Of a stretch of 38,400 nt of DNA, positions 1 to 12,925 are shown piece by piece. The translations under genes and the position numbers were made by a program. The stretch is taken from contig NC_068984.1 of the NCBI RefSeq assembly GCF_001194135.2, positions 143,202,674 to 143,241,073 on the forward strand, written 5' to 3'. Every line of letters begins with the position of its first letter. Within the stretch, counting starts at the first letter, position 1. The notes under the pieces are model-generated. The model was given only the letters and a program-made list of their open reading frames with translations, had not been told where the DNA came from and did not search any database. The stretch is from Octopus bimaculoides. Taxonomy: Eukaryota.

Positions 1-205
1 CGTAATATTCTTTTCTACTCTAGGAGCAAGGTCCCATACTTTTGGGGAGGGGTCCGGTCGATTAGCTCCATCCCAGTACGCAACTGGTACTTAATTTATC
101 GACCCCGAAAGGATGAAAGGCAAAGTCGACCTCAGTGTAATTTGAACTCAGAACATAAAGACAAACGAAATACCACTAAGCATTTCGCCCGGCGTGCTAA
201 CGTTT
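1..205 (-). mobile_element. tRNA-type SINE family A, 5'-truncated copy
   Basis: Reverse complement matches the + copy at 36384-36663 (cgttagcacgccgggcgaaatgcttag...gagttcaaatt...gaggtcgactttgcctttcatcctttcggggtcgataaattaagtaccagttgcgtactggg). Confidence 0.85.
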
Positions 206-440
206 ATTATTTCTTTATTGCCCACAAGGGACTAAACCTAGAGGGGACAAACAAGGACAGACAAAAGTATTAAGTCGGTTACATCGACCTCCAGTGCGTA
301 ACTGGTACTATATTTATTGACCACCAAAGGATGAAAGGCAAAGTCGACCTCGGCGGAATTTGAACTCAGAATGTAACGGCAGACGAAATACCGCTAAACA
401 TTTCGCCCGGCACGCTAGCGTTTCTGCCAGCTCGCTGCCT
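206..440 (-). mobile_element. SINE family A, variant with a different 3' segment
   Basis: Head and body match family A (A-box-like tggcagaaacg, B-box-like gagttcaaattcc on the - strand). The 3' ~70 nt (gcccacaagggactaaacctagaggggacaaacaaggacagac on +) differ from the other copies. Confidence 0.8.
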
Positions 441-470
441 TCGACGTCGTAGTAATATTGTGGGAAATAT

Positions 471-684
471 ACTTTTCTACTCTAGGCACAAGGCCCGAAA
501 TTTTGGGGGAGGGGCCCAGTCGATTAGATCGACACTAGTAGGCAACTGGTACTTAATTTATCGACCGCGAAAGGGTGAAAGGCAAAGACGACCTCGGCGG
601 AATTTGAACTCAGAACGTAACAGCAGACGAAGTACCGCTAAGCATTTCGCCCGGTGTGCTATCGATTCTGCCAGCTCGCTGCCT
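471..684 (-). mobile_element. SINE family A, full-length copy
   Basis: Complete family A body from aggcagcgagctggcagaatcg to gggccttgtgcctagagtagaaaag on the - strand. Confidence 0.85.
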
Positions 685-1289
685 CAACGCCGTTGTAATA
701 CTGACGTACAATGGTGTGGGAAATATACTGAAACCAAGTAATTCTGCTACGACCGCACAAGCCTACGATCAAAGTACCTCCACCCATGACAATCCAGCTT
801 TTCCAGCAGTCATAGTTCTTTTCAGACTTCATTATCCAATATATGTATTACCTTATTGGAGAGAGTACAGAAGAATTTAAGGAATATCTAGTTGCTATTT
901 CTAGCAAATAGAATTAGCTTTCCTTCGATGAAGTAGCCAAATAGAGAAAGAAGTGTTTGTCAGCAAAGCATGCGGCATCTCTGAGAATTGTTGTCTGAGA
1001 TATTTGTGTACGAAGGTGCAGCAGCCTTAGCAGCTGTGCTATCGAAGCTTTATGCAGTTTTAAATGTGAACCATAATGTAGCTTTATAGAAAATTACCAA
1101 CTGGTAATTGCTAAAGAAAATATGGATTCTGAATAAGATATGCTTGGTTACATATGGAGATAAAATGGAAATAATATAACATCGCTAAACTTAGAATATG
1201 TCGAGACTTTGTGATTTTAAGCATTTTGTCGTTAATTATTGCAAACGTGCAACGGAAAAAAATGTTTTACATTTATGGTGAGAGCTTCT

Positions 1290-1524
1290 CGTTTAGGGGG
1301 GAACTGAAAGAGGAGGAAGTTATATTACGCTTGTAGAGCAGCATAAGGCAGGTTATTGGACAGTTAGAAATACTCGTCAAATACCATTGGATCCAACCGC
1401 TATGGATCTGCTCCTCTCGGGAGTTCCGGATAAACATTCCTGGCGACCATAACCGCACATTATGGCTGTAGCATCAAACTCCCTCATAGGCCAAATGCCA
1501 CATAGCAGAGAGGGTTTCAAGTAG
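1290..1524 (+). mobile_element. CR1-group LINE ORF2 extreme C-terminus, decayed fragment
   Basis: 1402-1503 translates as MDLLLSGVPDKHSWRP*PHIMAVASNSLIGQMPH, matching the ..L..VPD+P....RAA.SNSL..Q end of CR1/L2-group ORF2. It is homologous at DNA level to 4580-4655. Confidence 0.6.
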
Positions 1525-1698
1525 CAAAGTTTCAGCAAAACCGACAGCAATATTTGTCTCAGTATTTGTCTGTCTGCCTATCTATTGGTATGTATGTATG
1601 TATGTATGTATGTACGAATGGCGTGTGTATTACGGCTCAGCAAGTAGGACAAAAGATATCATTTAGGTAATTGTATGGTTTGAAGAAACCACAGACAC

Positions 1699-1732
<34 letters not shown>

Positions 1733-2685
1733 NNNNNNNNNNNNNNNNNNNNNNNNNNNNNNNNNNNNNNNNNNNNNNNNNNNNNNNNNNNNNNNNNNNN
1801 NNNNNNNNNNNNNNNNNNNNNNNNNNNNNNNNNNNNNNNNNNNNNNNNNNNNNNNNNNNNNNNNNNNNNNNNNNNNNNNNNNNNNNNNNNNNNNNNNNNN
1901 NNNNNNNNNNNNNNNNNNNNNNNNNNNNNNNNNNNNNNNNNNNNNNNNNNNNNNNNNNNNNNNNNNNNNNNNNNNNNNNNNNNNNNNNNNNNNNNNNNNN
2001 NNNNNNNNNNNNNNNNNNNNNNNNNNNNNNNNNNNNNNNNNNNNNNNNNNNNNNNNNNNNNNNNNNNNNNNNNNNNNNNNNNNNNNNNNNNNNNNNNNNN
2101 NNNNNNNNNNNNNNNNNNNNNNNNNNNNNNNNNNNNNNNNNNNNNNNNNNNNNNNNNNNNNNNNNNNNNNNNNNNNNNNNNNNNNNNNNNNNNNNNNNNN
2201 NNNNNNNNNNNNNNNNNNNNNNNNNNNNNNNNNNNNNNNNNNNNNNNNNNNNNNNNNNNNNNNNNNNNNNNNNNNNNNNNNNNNNNNNNNNNNNNNNNNN
2301 NNNNNNNNNNNNNNNNNNNNNNNNNNNNNNNNNNNNNNNNNNNNNNNNNNNNNNNNNNNNNNNNNNNNNNNNNNNNNNNNNNNNNNNNNNNNNNNNNNNN
2401 NNNNNNNNNNNNNNNNNNNNNNNNNNNNNNNNNNNNNNNNNNNNNNNNNNNNNNNNNNNNNATGTCTCCGTATAAAATCAAATATAAGTGATATATTGAA
2501 TTGCGGTGTGTTATATTATATTTAGCCCATAAAGACAATATAACATGAAGACGTATTACATCAAATTAGTTACGTTTATAGTAACAGAGGCTGACAAATA
2601 TTTACTAGTGTGGCATAATTACAATATCTAATGGTAGTCGAGTTCATTCTGCCCCCACCACCACCACCACGCCTTCCGTCTCTTT

Positions 2686-2750
<65 letters not shown>

Positions 2751-2757
2751 TCTTTAC

Positions 2758-2793
<36 letters not shown>

Positions 2794-3058
2794 ATCTATC
2801 TAACTTTCTATCTATCTATCTATCTATCTAATCTATCTGTCTATCAATTATTTTCTTCCACCTCTCCCATCACTCTTTTATCACCTGTGTTCATTATATT
2901 TATCTTCCTCTATATTATATACATTATATATATATATATATATAAATAGAGAGAGAGAGAGAAAGAGAAGGAGAGAAAGATAGAGATGGAAAAGGAGACA
3001 AAAAAGCATACACATCTGTAAATGTAACATATATGTATATATGTGTGTGTATGTATAT

Positions 3059-3098
<40 letters not shown>

Positions 3099-3099
<1 letters not shown>

Positions 3100-3268
3100 T
3101 GCAGGAGAGGCTATGTTGAAAGGAGCTTGCTTCCCAACTTCATGGTTTCGGGTTCAGTCCTACTGCGTGGCGTGATACCTTGGGCAGGTGTCTTCTGCTA
3201 TAGCTTCGGGTTATCCAAAACCTTGTGAGTGGATTAGATATACGGAAACTGAAAGAAGCATGTCGTAT
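3099..3268 (+). mobile_element. tRNA-type SINE family B, 5' half
   Basis: gcaggagaggctatg...gggttcagtcctactgcgtggc...ccttgggcaggtgtcttctgctatagc...acggaaactgaaagaagc, matching the copies at 16282-16446 and 37970-38372. Confidence 0.8.
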
Positions 3269-4199
3269 ATATATGCATATACTTGTGTGTTTGTCTCTAT
3301 GTGCATATATATATATGTATGTATGTATGCATGCATGCATGTATGTATATATGTATGTATGCATGTATGTTTGTATATGAATGTATGCTTATATGACTAT
3401 ATGTGCATGCTTATGGATATGTGCATTGCAAATGATTGTATGTATATCTGCAAACATAATATCTACAATAAAAAGGAAAGTTTCTTAAATGATCAGCAAT
3501 TTCTAGGGGAGGTTCGTAGTCTATACCATAACCCTAGTATCCAGTGCTCCTTATTTATTTGCTATTGTTCCTCGGTATATTATGAAATGGGGAGTAGTTA
3601 CGAAATTCTATAATACGATAATATCGACCATTTGCTAGTTTCATATCTTCGATGTCGCTATCAAACGTGTATGTATGTATATTTATGTATTTGTGTGTAT
3701 CTTTGTATGTGTTTATGCACATGTTCATAAACACAAGCTTATATTCCTATATATNNNNNNNNNNNNNNNNNNNNNNNNNNNNNNNNNNNNNNNNNNNNNN
3801 NNNNNNNNNNNNNNNNNNNNNNNNNNNNNNNNNNNNNNNNNNNNNNNNNNNNNNNNNNNNNNNNNNNNNNNNNNNNNNNNNNNNNNNNNNNNNNNNNNNN
3901 NNNNNNNNNNNNNNNNNNNNNNNNNNNNNNNNNNNNNNNNNNNNNNNNNNNNNNNNNNNNNNNNNNNNNNNNNNNNNNNNNNNNNNNNNNNNNNNNNNNN
4001 NNNNNNNNNNNNNNNNNNNNNNNNNNNNNNNNNNNNNNNNNNNNNNNNNNNNNNNNNNNNNNNNNNNNNNNNNNNNNNNNNNNNNNNNNNNNNNNNNNNN
4101 NNNNNNNATATATATATATATATACATATACAGCGTGCGATGAGTAAATTATCGCCATTATACATTTTTAATCTCGTACGTGCGCTTTGTTTGTTTTTG

Positions 4200-4680
4200 A
4201 TTTTGTCGACTACTCAGTATAATAGGGTTTGTTGGGCACCGCCTGTGAGAAAAACACCACCATGACGCAATTCGCATTGCCAGAAATTGCTAATACATAT
4301 ATGAAAAACATTACTCCGCAGAACGAAGGCGGGAAAGATAGGTAATGATATACATCTGGAAAATCCTAGAACTTGCACGAATCTCTAGAATTTAAGTTGC
4401 ACAAGTAGAAGAATGGGGCGGCACTGAATAGTTTCAAAACTTCCATCATTGCCATCAGGATACAGGAGCAGATACGGAAAAACCTTGGGTTTCTAGGGCC
4501 CTCAGCTCTTCGATGTTTTTCTATAAGACTGACAGACTTAAATGTTGCAGAAGTAGGCGGCTTCAAAATAAAACAAGATCTGGCGACCAGAAACGCAGGT
4601 AATGGCTGCGACGTAAAGCTGACTTATAGGCCAAATTCCACACATCAGAGGAGGTCTCAAGGAGCAATGGGGCAGGAGAG
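4200..4680 (+). mobile_element. CR1-group LINE ORF2 C-terminal fragment, decayed
   Basis: 4312-4371 translates as YSAERRRER*VMIYIWKILE (cf. YSLERRRERY.IIY.WKILEG). Then RRMGRH, GPQLF (4497-4511), GFKIKQD and MAAT*S*LIGQ follow in the expected order, with stops and frameshifts. Confidence 0.75.
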
Positions 4681-4799
4681 CTGACAGCGATGACAGCGTG
4701 ACAGCAGCTCTCTAAAATTCATACGCAAAAAACATAAAGATAATGTATATGTTCATATATATATATATACTTATATCTATCTATATACATACACACTCA

Positions 4800-4839
<40 letters not shown>

Positions 4840-5010
4840 TACACACACACACACACAAACGGACACACACACACTGACACACAGAGACTCAAACAGAGGC
4901 AGAAGCAGTCAAATAAATGGCTATCTACTCAGCTACATTGGTAGACAAAAACGTAAGAAGTTGTGTAAATTATATACATGCATATATGTATATATAGCTA
5001 TATCTATCTA

Positions 5011-5054
<44 letters not shown>

Positions 5055-5520
5055 AATATATATATATATATATGCATGTATATGTGTATATATGCATGTG
5101 TGCATATACATATATGTAAACATATGTTCTTACATGTATGTATACAAAGATATGTATATATATAAACATTCATACATGCATATATATTCATAAACACATA
5201 TATTTGTTCATACTTACGTATATAACCAGACATGCATGGAAACAGGGACAGAGCATTATGCCTCATTTCTTACAATTGACGTAAAGTTCCATCAAGTTCT
5301 AAAGGAGCAATATAATCGACTGTTGGTCGCCCAATACATGACTGGTATCTCATTGAATCTTGCTTGAAGAAAACCAAATGAACCGCTTCTTGTTTTGTAT
5401 TGTAAACGTTAAAAGATCATCACTGAATACAGTAATTAGTATTTATTTTGACATTCCTCTGACATTTGGAAGTGCACACAAACACACACATAATATATAT
5501 GTATATATACATACATGTCT

Positions 5521-5555
<35 letters not shown>

Positions 5556-6188
5556 NNNNNNNNNNNNNNNNNNNNNNNNNNNNNNNNNNNNNNNNNNNNN
5601 NNNNNNNNNNNNNNNNNNNNNNNNNNNNNNNNNNNNNNNNNNNNNNNNNNNNNNNNNNNNNNNNNNNNNNNNNNNNNNNNNNNNNNNNNNNNNNNNNNNN
5701 NNNNNNNNNNNNNNNNNNNNNNNNNNNNNNNNNNNNNNNNNNNNNNNNNNNNNNNNNNNNNNNNNNNNNNNNNNNNNNNNNNNNNNNNNNNNNNNNNNNN
5801 NNNNNNNNNNNNNNNNNNNNNNNNNNNNNNNNNNNNNNNNNNNNNNNNNNNNNNNNNNNNNNNNNNNNNNNNNNNNNNNNNNNNNNNNNNNNNNNNNNNN
5901 NNNNNNNNNNNNNNNNNNNNNNNNNNNNNNNNNNNNNNNNNNNNNNNNNNNNNNNNNNNNNNNNNNNNNNNNNNNNNNNNNNNNNNNNNNNNNNNNNNNN
6001 NNNNNNNNNNNNNNNNNNNNNNNNNNNNNNNNNNNNNNNNNNNNNNNNNNNNNNNNNNNNNNNNNNNNNNNNNNNNNNNNNNNNNNNNNNNNNNNNNNNN
6101 NNNNNNNNNNNNNNNNNNNNNNNNNNNNNNNNNNNNNNNNNNNNNNNNNNNNNNNNNNNNNNNNNNNNNNNNNNNNNNNNNNNNNNNN

Positions 6189-6243
<55 letters not shown>

Positions 6244-6683
6244 TCACACACACTCGTATATTCGTACATATACATATACACATGCAGATGCATATATACA
6301 TGCATTTATACATAGACACGTATCAATGTATGCATGTATGTATGTATGTTTGCATACATGAAACAGTTTATTGCATAGAGTGTATATTATATCTAATACC
6401 TGGGTCTTCGAGTCCTCCTCCGTATTTTTGCTGCTATTGATTTACATTATTTTGCAATGTTTCTTCACATTTCAAACTCGGTGCAGTACCATTTGGAGCC
6501 GATATCTTGGCTACCTTTGTGTATGACGATCAACGCACGCTTATTTTATATATCTCTACAGAAACTAGAGCCAGCACTGATAATTGCGACGCTTCGTATA
6601 CGAATACGTTTATCTAAACAATGCTGTTATGCAACCACATTGCTTACATAATGCAATCCCTACAAGCAATTAATGTTGTGGGC

Positions 6684-6938
6684 ACTCCGTCGCTTACGAT
6701 GTCGAGGGTTCCTGTTGATCCGATCAACGGAACTGCCTGCGCGTGAAATTAACGTGCAAGTGGCTGAGCACTCCACACACACGTGTACCCTTAACGTAGT
6801 TTTCGGGGAGATTCAGCGTGACACAGAGTGTGACAAGGCTGACCCTTTGAATTACAGGCACAACAGAAACAGGAAGTAAGAGTGAGAGAAAGTTGTGGTG
6901 AAAGAGTACAGCAGGGTTCGCCACCATCCCCTGCCGGA
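6684..6938 (-). mobile_element. SINE family C (body and 3' end)
   Basis: gaaattaacgtgcaagtggctgagcactccac...cttaacgtagttttcggggagattcagcgtgacacagagtgtgaca is the reverse complement of the body at 20525-20607, which follows a tRNA-like head on +. Confidence 0.7.
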
Positions 6939-6940
6939 TG

Positions 6941-7018
<78 letters not shown>

Positions 7019-7307
7019 CATGTACGTATACACACACATACAGTCAGAGACAGACTGACAGTGGAGAGAGAGAGAGATGAAATATTTGAATTGCTTCTGA
7101 TGTCAACAGCCGATCACATGATACAATCTGTAGAGTATTAAAAGTGCTTTGAAAATTTACCAAATTGAATACAATTTATACGGTTTCCTGTATACTTGTA
7201 CAAATATTATTGACTGGACAAGCTTTCCTGCTTGTTGCCGTCTACTGTAAATTCAATCGGTTTTACAATGCATTATTGAATTAAACTCACTACATAACTA
7301 CTTCGTT

Positions 7308-7430
7308 TCTCGTATCGATCCCTGAAATGATAAAAAGCGAAGTTGACTGTGCTGAGATTTGAACTGAGGACAGAAAGTATCGGAACAAACTACCACGGAT
7401 TTTTTGTTCCTGGCCTTGACGATTCCTCGA
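7308..7430 (-). mobile_element. SINE family A, old degenerate fragment
   Basis: tatcgatccctgaaatgataaaaagcgaagttgactgtgctgagatttgaactgaggac aligns to family A tatcgaccccgaaaggatgaaaggcaaagtcgacctcggcggaatttgaactcagaac. Confidence 0.55.
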
Positions 7431-8684
7431 ATCTGCAATCTTTATTAGTTCATCGAACCACCAAGGATACGTTGTAGCGTGAAAATCAATCTTTATGATT
7501 TATTGATAGTTTCGTTTATGCGCGATGCCTCTATGAATAGGTAAAGAAGGTAGTTAGTAGCTTGTGAAATTCCAGCATAGGAATGAAACTTGTCCAGTCG
7601 ACGTTTCTTTTGTGTTCACGAAGATATTGTGTATAAAAACGAGGTCTCTCCGCGCCACCCTTTCTCTCTCGCTTGTTCTCTGCATATATACGTATACAGT
7701 ATATATATGTGTATATGTATGTATATATGTATGTATGTATGCATACATACATACCTATTTGTACACGCAACCCTTGAGTAATATTAGCTGCTATTTCTAC
7801 CATTTGACTGATGTCATAGTGGCTTTGTGTTTAATTTGTAAATGAAGTCATCTATCTCATCTTTAAAATGCTGACTTAGTTGAGCTTGTATACCCGGGCC
7901 ATTAGGGTTTTTCTATTCACTTTTTCTTTTTTATTTTCTTTTTTTTACTGGCATGATATGGCGATATGTTAAGTGGCGAAAGTTACATGCAGTCCGAATA
8001 TAACTACGATAGTTGTGTTTCTTCATTATTTTATACAGGCATGGCTACATGCTGCCACTTTTCGATTGTCTCCCAGGCATTTGTGTCAAATGGACCGCTA
8101 TTATGTCATCGTCGAAGAAACAGACATGATGGAAAATAACAGACATCAAGAAGCAGAGACCATATGTCGAAGACGCAAAGAGCTGCTCGCACATCCTCGT
8201 CCCCCACCAACTCGACTCTGCGATGAATTACCCCGGCTATTCTATACCGCCCTTGGCCTGAACCGCCACATCAGGCATTGGCACCCCTTCGTACCCATCC
8301 AGACGAGAAAGCTCAATCATTGGCTACAGATCTATTCGGATACGAGTTAAAACCTCTGACGACGTCGACTATTTTATACTGAAGTGTTCAACGATTCTCC
8401 TAGATTTTGTAAACTTTTCAAAATAGTTGACGTCATTGTATTTCATATACGACGTGAACTGCTGCAAAGAAAGCGTGATCGGGAAGCAACTCCAGACATC
8501 TGTTGGTTTTGCTGGGCAGATTGGGTGGAGAAAAGTGCTGAATATGTGAGATCAAAGATGGTGTTCAATGAAAAGTGGCATGGCAGAGAACGAAATATAA
8601 AAGTAGCTATCCTGTGCAATAATGGTTGATATTTGTTTATATGGCTTAGTAAAAGAAAAGATAGTCCGTGACACATCTCGTTGA

Positions 8685-8759
8685 CTCTGGTGAGAGGAAC
8701 GTCTCTGGTGAGAAAGGAACGTCTCTGGTGAGAAAGGAACGTCTCTGGTGAGAGAAAGG
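8685..8759. repeat. Minisatellite, 20-bp unit ctctggtgagaaaggaacgt, ~3.7 copies
   Basis: Directly visible tandem copies, including perfect units at 8703-8722 and 8723-8742. Confidence 0.9.
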
Positions 8760-8955
8760 TTGCTGGTGGGAGGAAAGTCTCTGATAGTCAGGAGATACAC
8801 AAGAATTAGCAATTGTATCTCATTCAAAATTTAGACGAATGTGTAAAGAGAGAATACATCTAATAACGCATCCTAAAATAGTATATGCATGAATAAAAGG
8901 CATCCTGGACTTAGATCTTGTGGATTGCGACTGACCTGTGGTAAGATTACAACTA

Positions 8956-9160
8956 CCATTCTTTCCATAGGCACAAGGCCTGAAGTTTGGGGTAAGGCCT
9001 AAGTCAATTACACCGACCGAATGGCTGAATTGGTAATTATATCACCGATCACGAAACGATAAAAAGGCAAAGTCGACCTGGGCGGTATTTGAACGCAGAA
9101 CGTAAAGACGGATAAAATGTCCCGAGCATTTTGTCCGCTGTGCTAACGATTCTGTCAGTT
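8956..9160 (-). mobile_element. SINE family A, diverged full-length copy
   Basis: ggcacaaggcctgaa...aaaggcaaagtcgacctgggcggtatttgaacgcagaacgtaaagacgg...gtgctaacgattctgtcag matches family A. Confidence 0.75.
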
Positions 9161-9605
9161 CAACCTCTTGACCACAAAAACAATAATAAAAGAGGAATAC
9201 GCATTAAAAGAAATCCACTCGTGCACAAATATGTTCTGGGACTACAAGAAATTATATATACAAAAGCTCAGGCATTCACGCGAACACGTGCTTCTATGAC
9301 ATACACTCACACACACACACACTCACACACAGTCACCCACAAACACATACATACACATACACACTCACATACACATACACACACGTGCACACACATACAC
9401 ACACACGCGCGCACACGCACACAGACATACACTCATACGTTCACGCAGACACATACATACACACACACACACAAGCACACTCACACACACACACACACTC
9501 TCAAACTCACTCATACACACATAAATACATACACACTCACACACTTTCATACACACACACATACATACATACACACACGCACACACATTCTCTCACACAC
9601 ACACG

Positions 9606-9641
<36 letters not shown>

Positions 9642-10626
9642 TTCACACACACATACATAAACACACGCACACATACACACACAGGCTTATAGAAATCGAA
9701 GTTTAGTCCCTCCCTTTGACACCAGGTGTCAGTCGTCTTCGACTCAGTGTGAAAGATATAAACCTCATTAGCTGTTATCAAACATTCAGAAATTATCATA
9801 AATCTATTTACTACAGTTATTATATTTCATTTTTATTTTATTTTTCTAGTTTTATTTTGCTTTCTGTCTTTATTTGGCGAAATGCCGCAGCCGAGAGAAC
9901 CACACCAGGTAATTTCATAGAATTAGCATAGGAGAAAATTAACATGAAATATTTGTCAGACTTGCGGTGTGTGTATCTACACATAGACATAAAACATTTG
10001 GCAGTACTTAATGAGTGAATGTAAACATAGATGGGATACAATCAGAAGCGAGTAGCAGTAATTGTTCTGTAGAATGGTAGGCTTAAAAAAAATTGCATTG
10101 TTGTAGAAGTTGGCTGTTGAATAGACAGAGATATATAATATGAGAAATGAAAGTGTAATTCTGGAGATAACAAATGAGAAATGTGGTATAACTGTGGCAT
10201 ATTTTGCTATGTCAATACACTGTGTGTGTTATATCTTATTTGAAGATTTGTAATTTGGATGAGTTTCTTTGATCTATGACAACATGGCGGACATTCGATA
10301 TGAATGGGAGCTAGAAATTATAAGCTTTCAGCTTCGACGTATAAAAGAGAGACATAACCATTAGTGGGATTAGAACCTTGAATTTATTTGTTACCAAGTG
10401 ATGGCATTAACTCTTTGTCTACAACCGGTGAATTGTCAGAGTTAGCTAATCCTCGAGTTCAATTTCCACTGAGATCCATTTTGCATTGTTCTTGTTTTTT
10501 TTACCTTCCGACGCCGTTGCAAAAGCAATCTAGAGTGGTGCGTTGACAAGATTCTAAGAACATCGGAGCGAGTTCAAATCCTGCTATGAGCCAGTTTAAT
10601 ACCCACCACTCGGTTCCTTTCTTCTT

Positions 10627-10672
10627 CTTATAATAATAATAATTATTATTATTATTATTATTATTATTAATA

Positions 10673-10750
<78 letters not shown>
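10627..10750. repeat. (TTA/TAA)n microsatellite, 3' tail/target of the Dong element
   Basis: Long near-perfect tta run directly adjoining the LINE 3' end. Confidence 0.95.
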
Positions 10751-11197
10751 TTATTCAGTAGTTTTATTTTTATAACGTGCTTTCACTTCCCTACCGAGCG
10801 CAGTTCTGTGCGCCTTGGGNNNNNNNNNNNNNNNNNNNNNNNNNNNNNNNNNNNNNNNNNNNNNNNNNNNNNNNNNNNNNNNNNNNNNNNNNNNNNNNNN
10901 NNNNNNNNNNNNNNNNNNNNNNNNNNNNNNNNNNNNNNNNNNNNNNNNNNNNNNNNNNNNNNNNNNNNNNNNNNNNNNNNNNTGGTATTGATACATCAAT
11001 TAGAAAGCATTTTTTTTTCTTCATGATCTTTGACAACTATATCTGGTCTATTTGCCTTAATTTCTCTATCTGTGTGTATTGGCATATCCCAGAGTATGGT
11101 TGCTTTCTCGTTTTCTGTGACCTTTTCTGGCGTGTGTTTATACCATCTTTTTTCTGTTGTTATTCCATAATGTTGGCATAGCTTCCAGTGTATATAG

Positions 11198-11199
<2 letters not shown>
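10751..11199 (-). mobile_element. 5'-truncated Dong/R4-clade non-LTR retrotransposon (restriction-like endonuclease domain and 3' end)
   Basis: The - strand 11199-10983 translates as TYIHWKLCQHYGITTEKRWYKHTPEKVTENEKATILWDMPIHTDREIKANRPDIVVKDHEEKK(+1 in an A-run)CFLIDVSIP, the RPD...D motif of R4/Dong RLE. The 3' end lies beyond an N-gap, and (TAA)n lies on both sides. Confidence 0.9.
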
Positions 11200-11268
<69 letters not shown>

Positions 11269-11514
11269 CTACATATATATTCTTTATTGTTTTCAAATGT
11301 TTACACGATGAAAACACGTTGTCTCGCCTTGTGTTGTCTTTCATGTTGTGTTAAGTTATTTTATGTCGTTTTATGTTAGCCCTTGCGGCTAATAAAAGAA
11401 TGAATTATTATTATTATTATCATTATTATTATTTCTATTATTATGTTTAGATTTTGTACCTAGATAGATAGACACACAACAGAGAGACAGACAGGCAGAC
11501 AGATAGATAGATAA

Positions 11515-11577
<63 letters not shown>

Positions 11578-12925
11578 TGCATTAGACATACCCGCATCCG
11601 GAATAACTCGGCCCAAGTTGTGTATGTATGTATATATATATAAATGTAAGCATGCACATATACACACACAAATGTACATATATAAATACGTAATAATAAT
11701 AATAATAATAATAATAACGATGATGATGATGATGATGATAATAATAAGCAATCGTTTCAACGTTTAACTTTAAAGCTATCTTCAATTATGCTCCACCGGA
11801 AATAACTTAGTTATCTACCGGATATTGTATTGTTAAATGAAATAGCAATAAATGTAAGATACGTATAACATAGAGAGCGACAAACAGACAGACAGACCGA
11901 AGGATACTTGTGGGTAAATATTGCAGGCGTGGCTATATATGTGTTTGTGTAGCTATACGTTTGTATAATTGTGTGTGTGTGTGCCTTTGTGTGTGTGTGT
12001 CTTTGTGTGTGTGTGTGTGTGGAGGTATATGCTGCCTTGCCAAAGTATCGCGTCAAGTCATTAGTCTCTCATATCGACCCAAGTGGTTAAGTCTAGTCTG
12101 TATTTTATGGGTCACAATCTGTCGAACCGCTGGCAGGAAGGTGCAAAAGAACACAACATACACATCAGAAACACACAAATACCCATAAACACTGCACATA
12201 CACATACACAATCACCATATATGTCTATGCATATATATACACATACAAAGATTCTAAATAATATTTAACTACTATTTCTAAATCCCGGTATGTGGTGAAG
12301 CAATTTGCTGAACCCTAATTATAATTATGCTTATAATTATAGAATTTTTGTATAAGATTACCGATGCAGGTTGTTTTAACATACCGAACTACTTGGGAAA
12401 ATTATTAATTATTAATTAATTAATTTTTACCCTTTATTATTAGTGAAAATATAATTCACTCCGTGACTGTAAACTGCAGTTTCTGCAGGATTACTCGTAA
12501 CACACGTGAGTTGTTGAGAAAGAATGCGTGTTCTCACTCGTCTGTTTTTATAAAGGTGTAATACGAAATTGAAATATCGATAAAAATAATAATTTAAAAT
12601 CTAAAATTTAAAATTTGTAATATAAAATTTAAAATATAATTGAAAATTATACCGTAATTAATGAAGTAAATACGAATAGAAATTATATTATCTAGCAAGG
12701 ATGTAATTGGTATGAATTGAACTAGGGATGGCTAGTTTTGGATAAGCATGGGAATGGTATTAAAAGTACAATAAAAATACCATAATGGACTGTCCTGAAT
12801 AAGACTTTATTATTATTATATAAAGTGAATAACCATAATGTCAAAGATTTTCTTCAAATTCGCTGGGATGTGATTATGTGAGTTGCTCTTTTTTATATTG
12901 TCTTAATAATGGTGTCTTCCGTGTC

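Noticed and set aside
1440-4655. Apparent paralogous secreted peptides on the - strand (LKPSLLCGIWP / LRPPLMCGIWP)
   Set aside because: This is an antisense shadow of the CR1-group LINE C-terminus, which explains the homology on the + strand.
8685-8759. CRISPR-like regular repeats
   Set aside because: The units are contiguous with no unique spacers, so this is an ordinary minisatellite in eukaryotic DNA.
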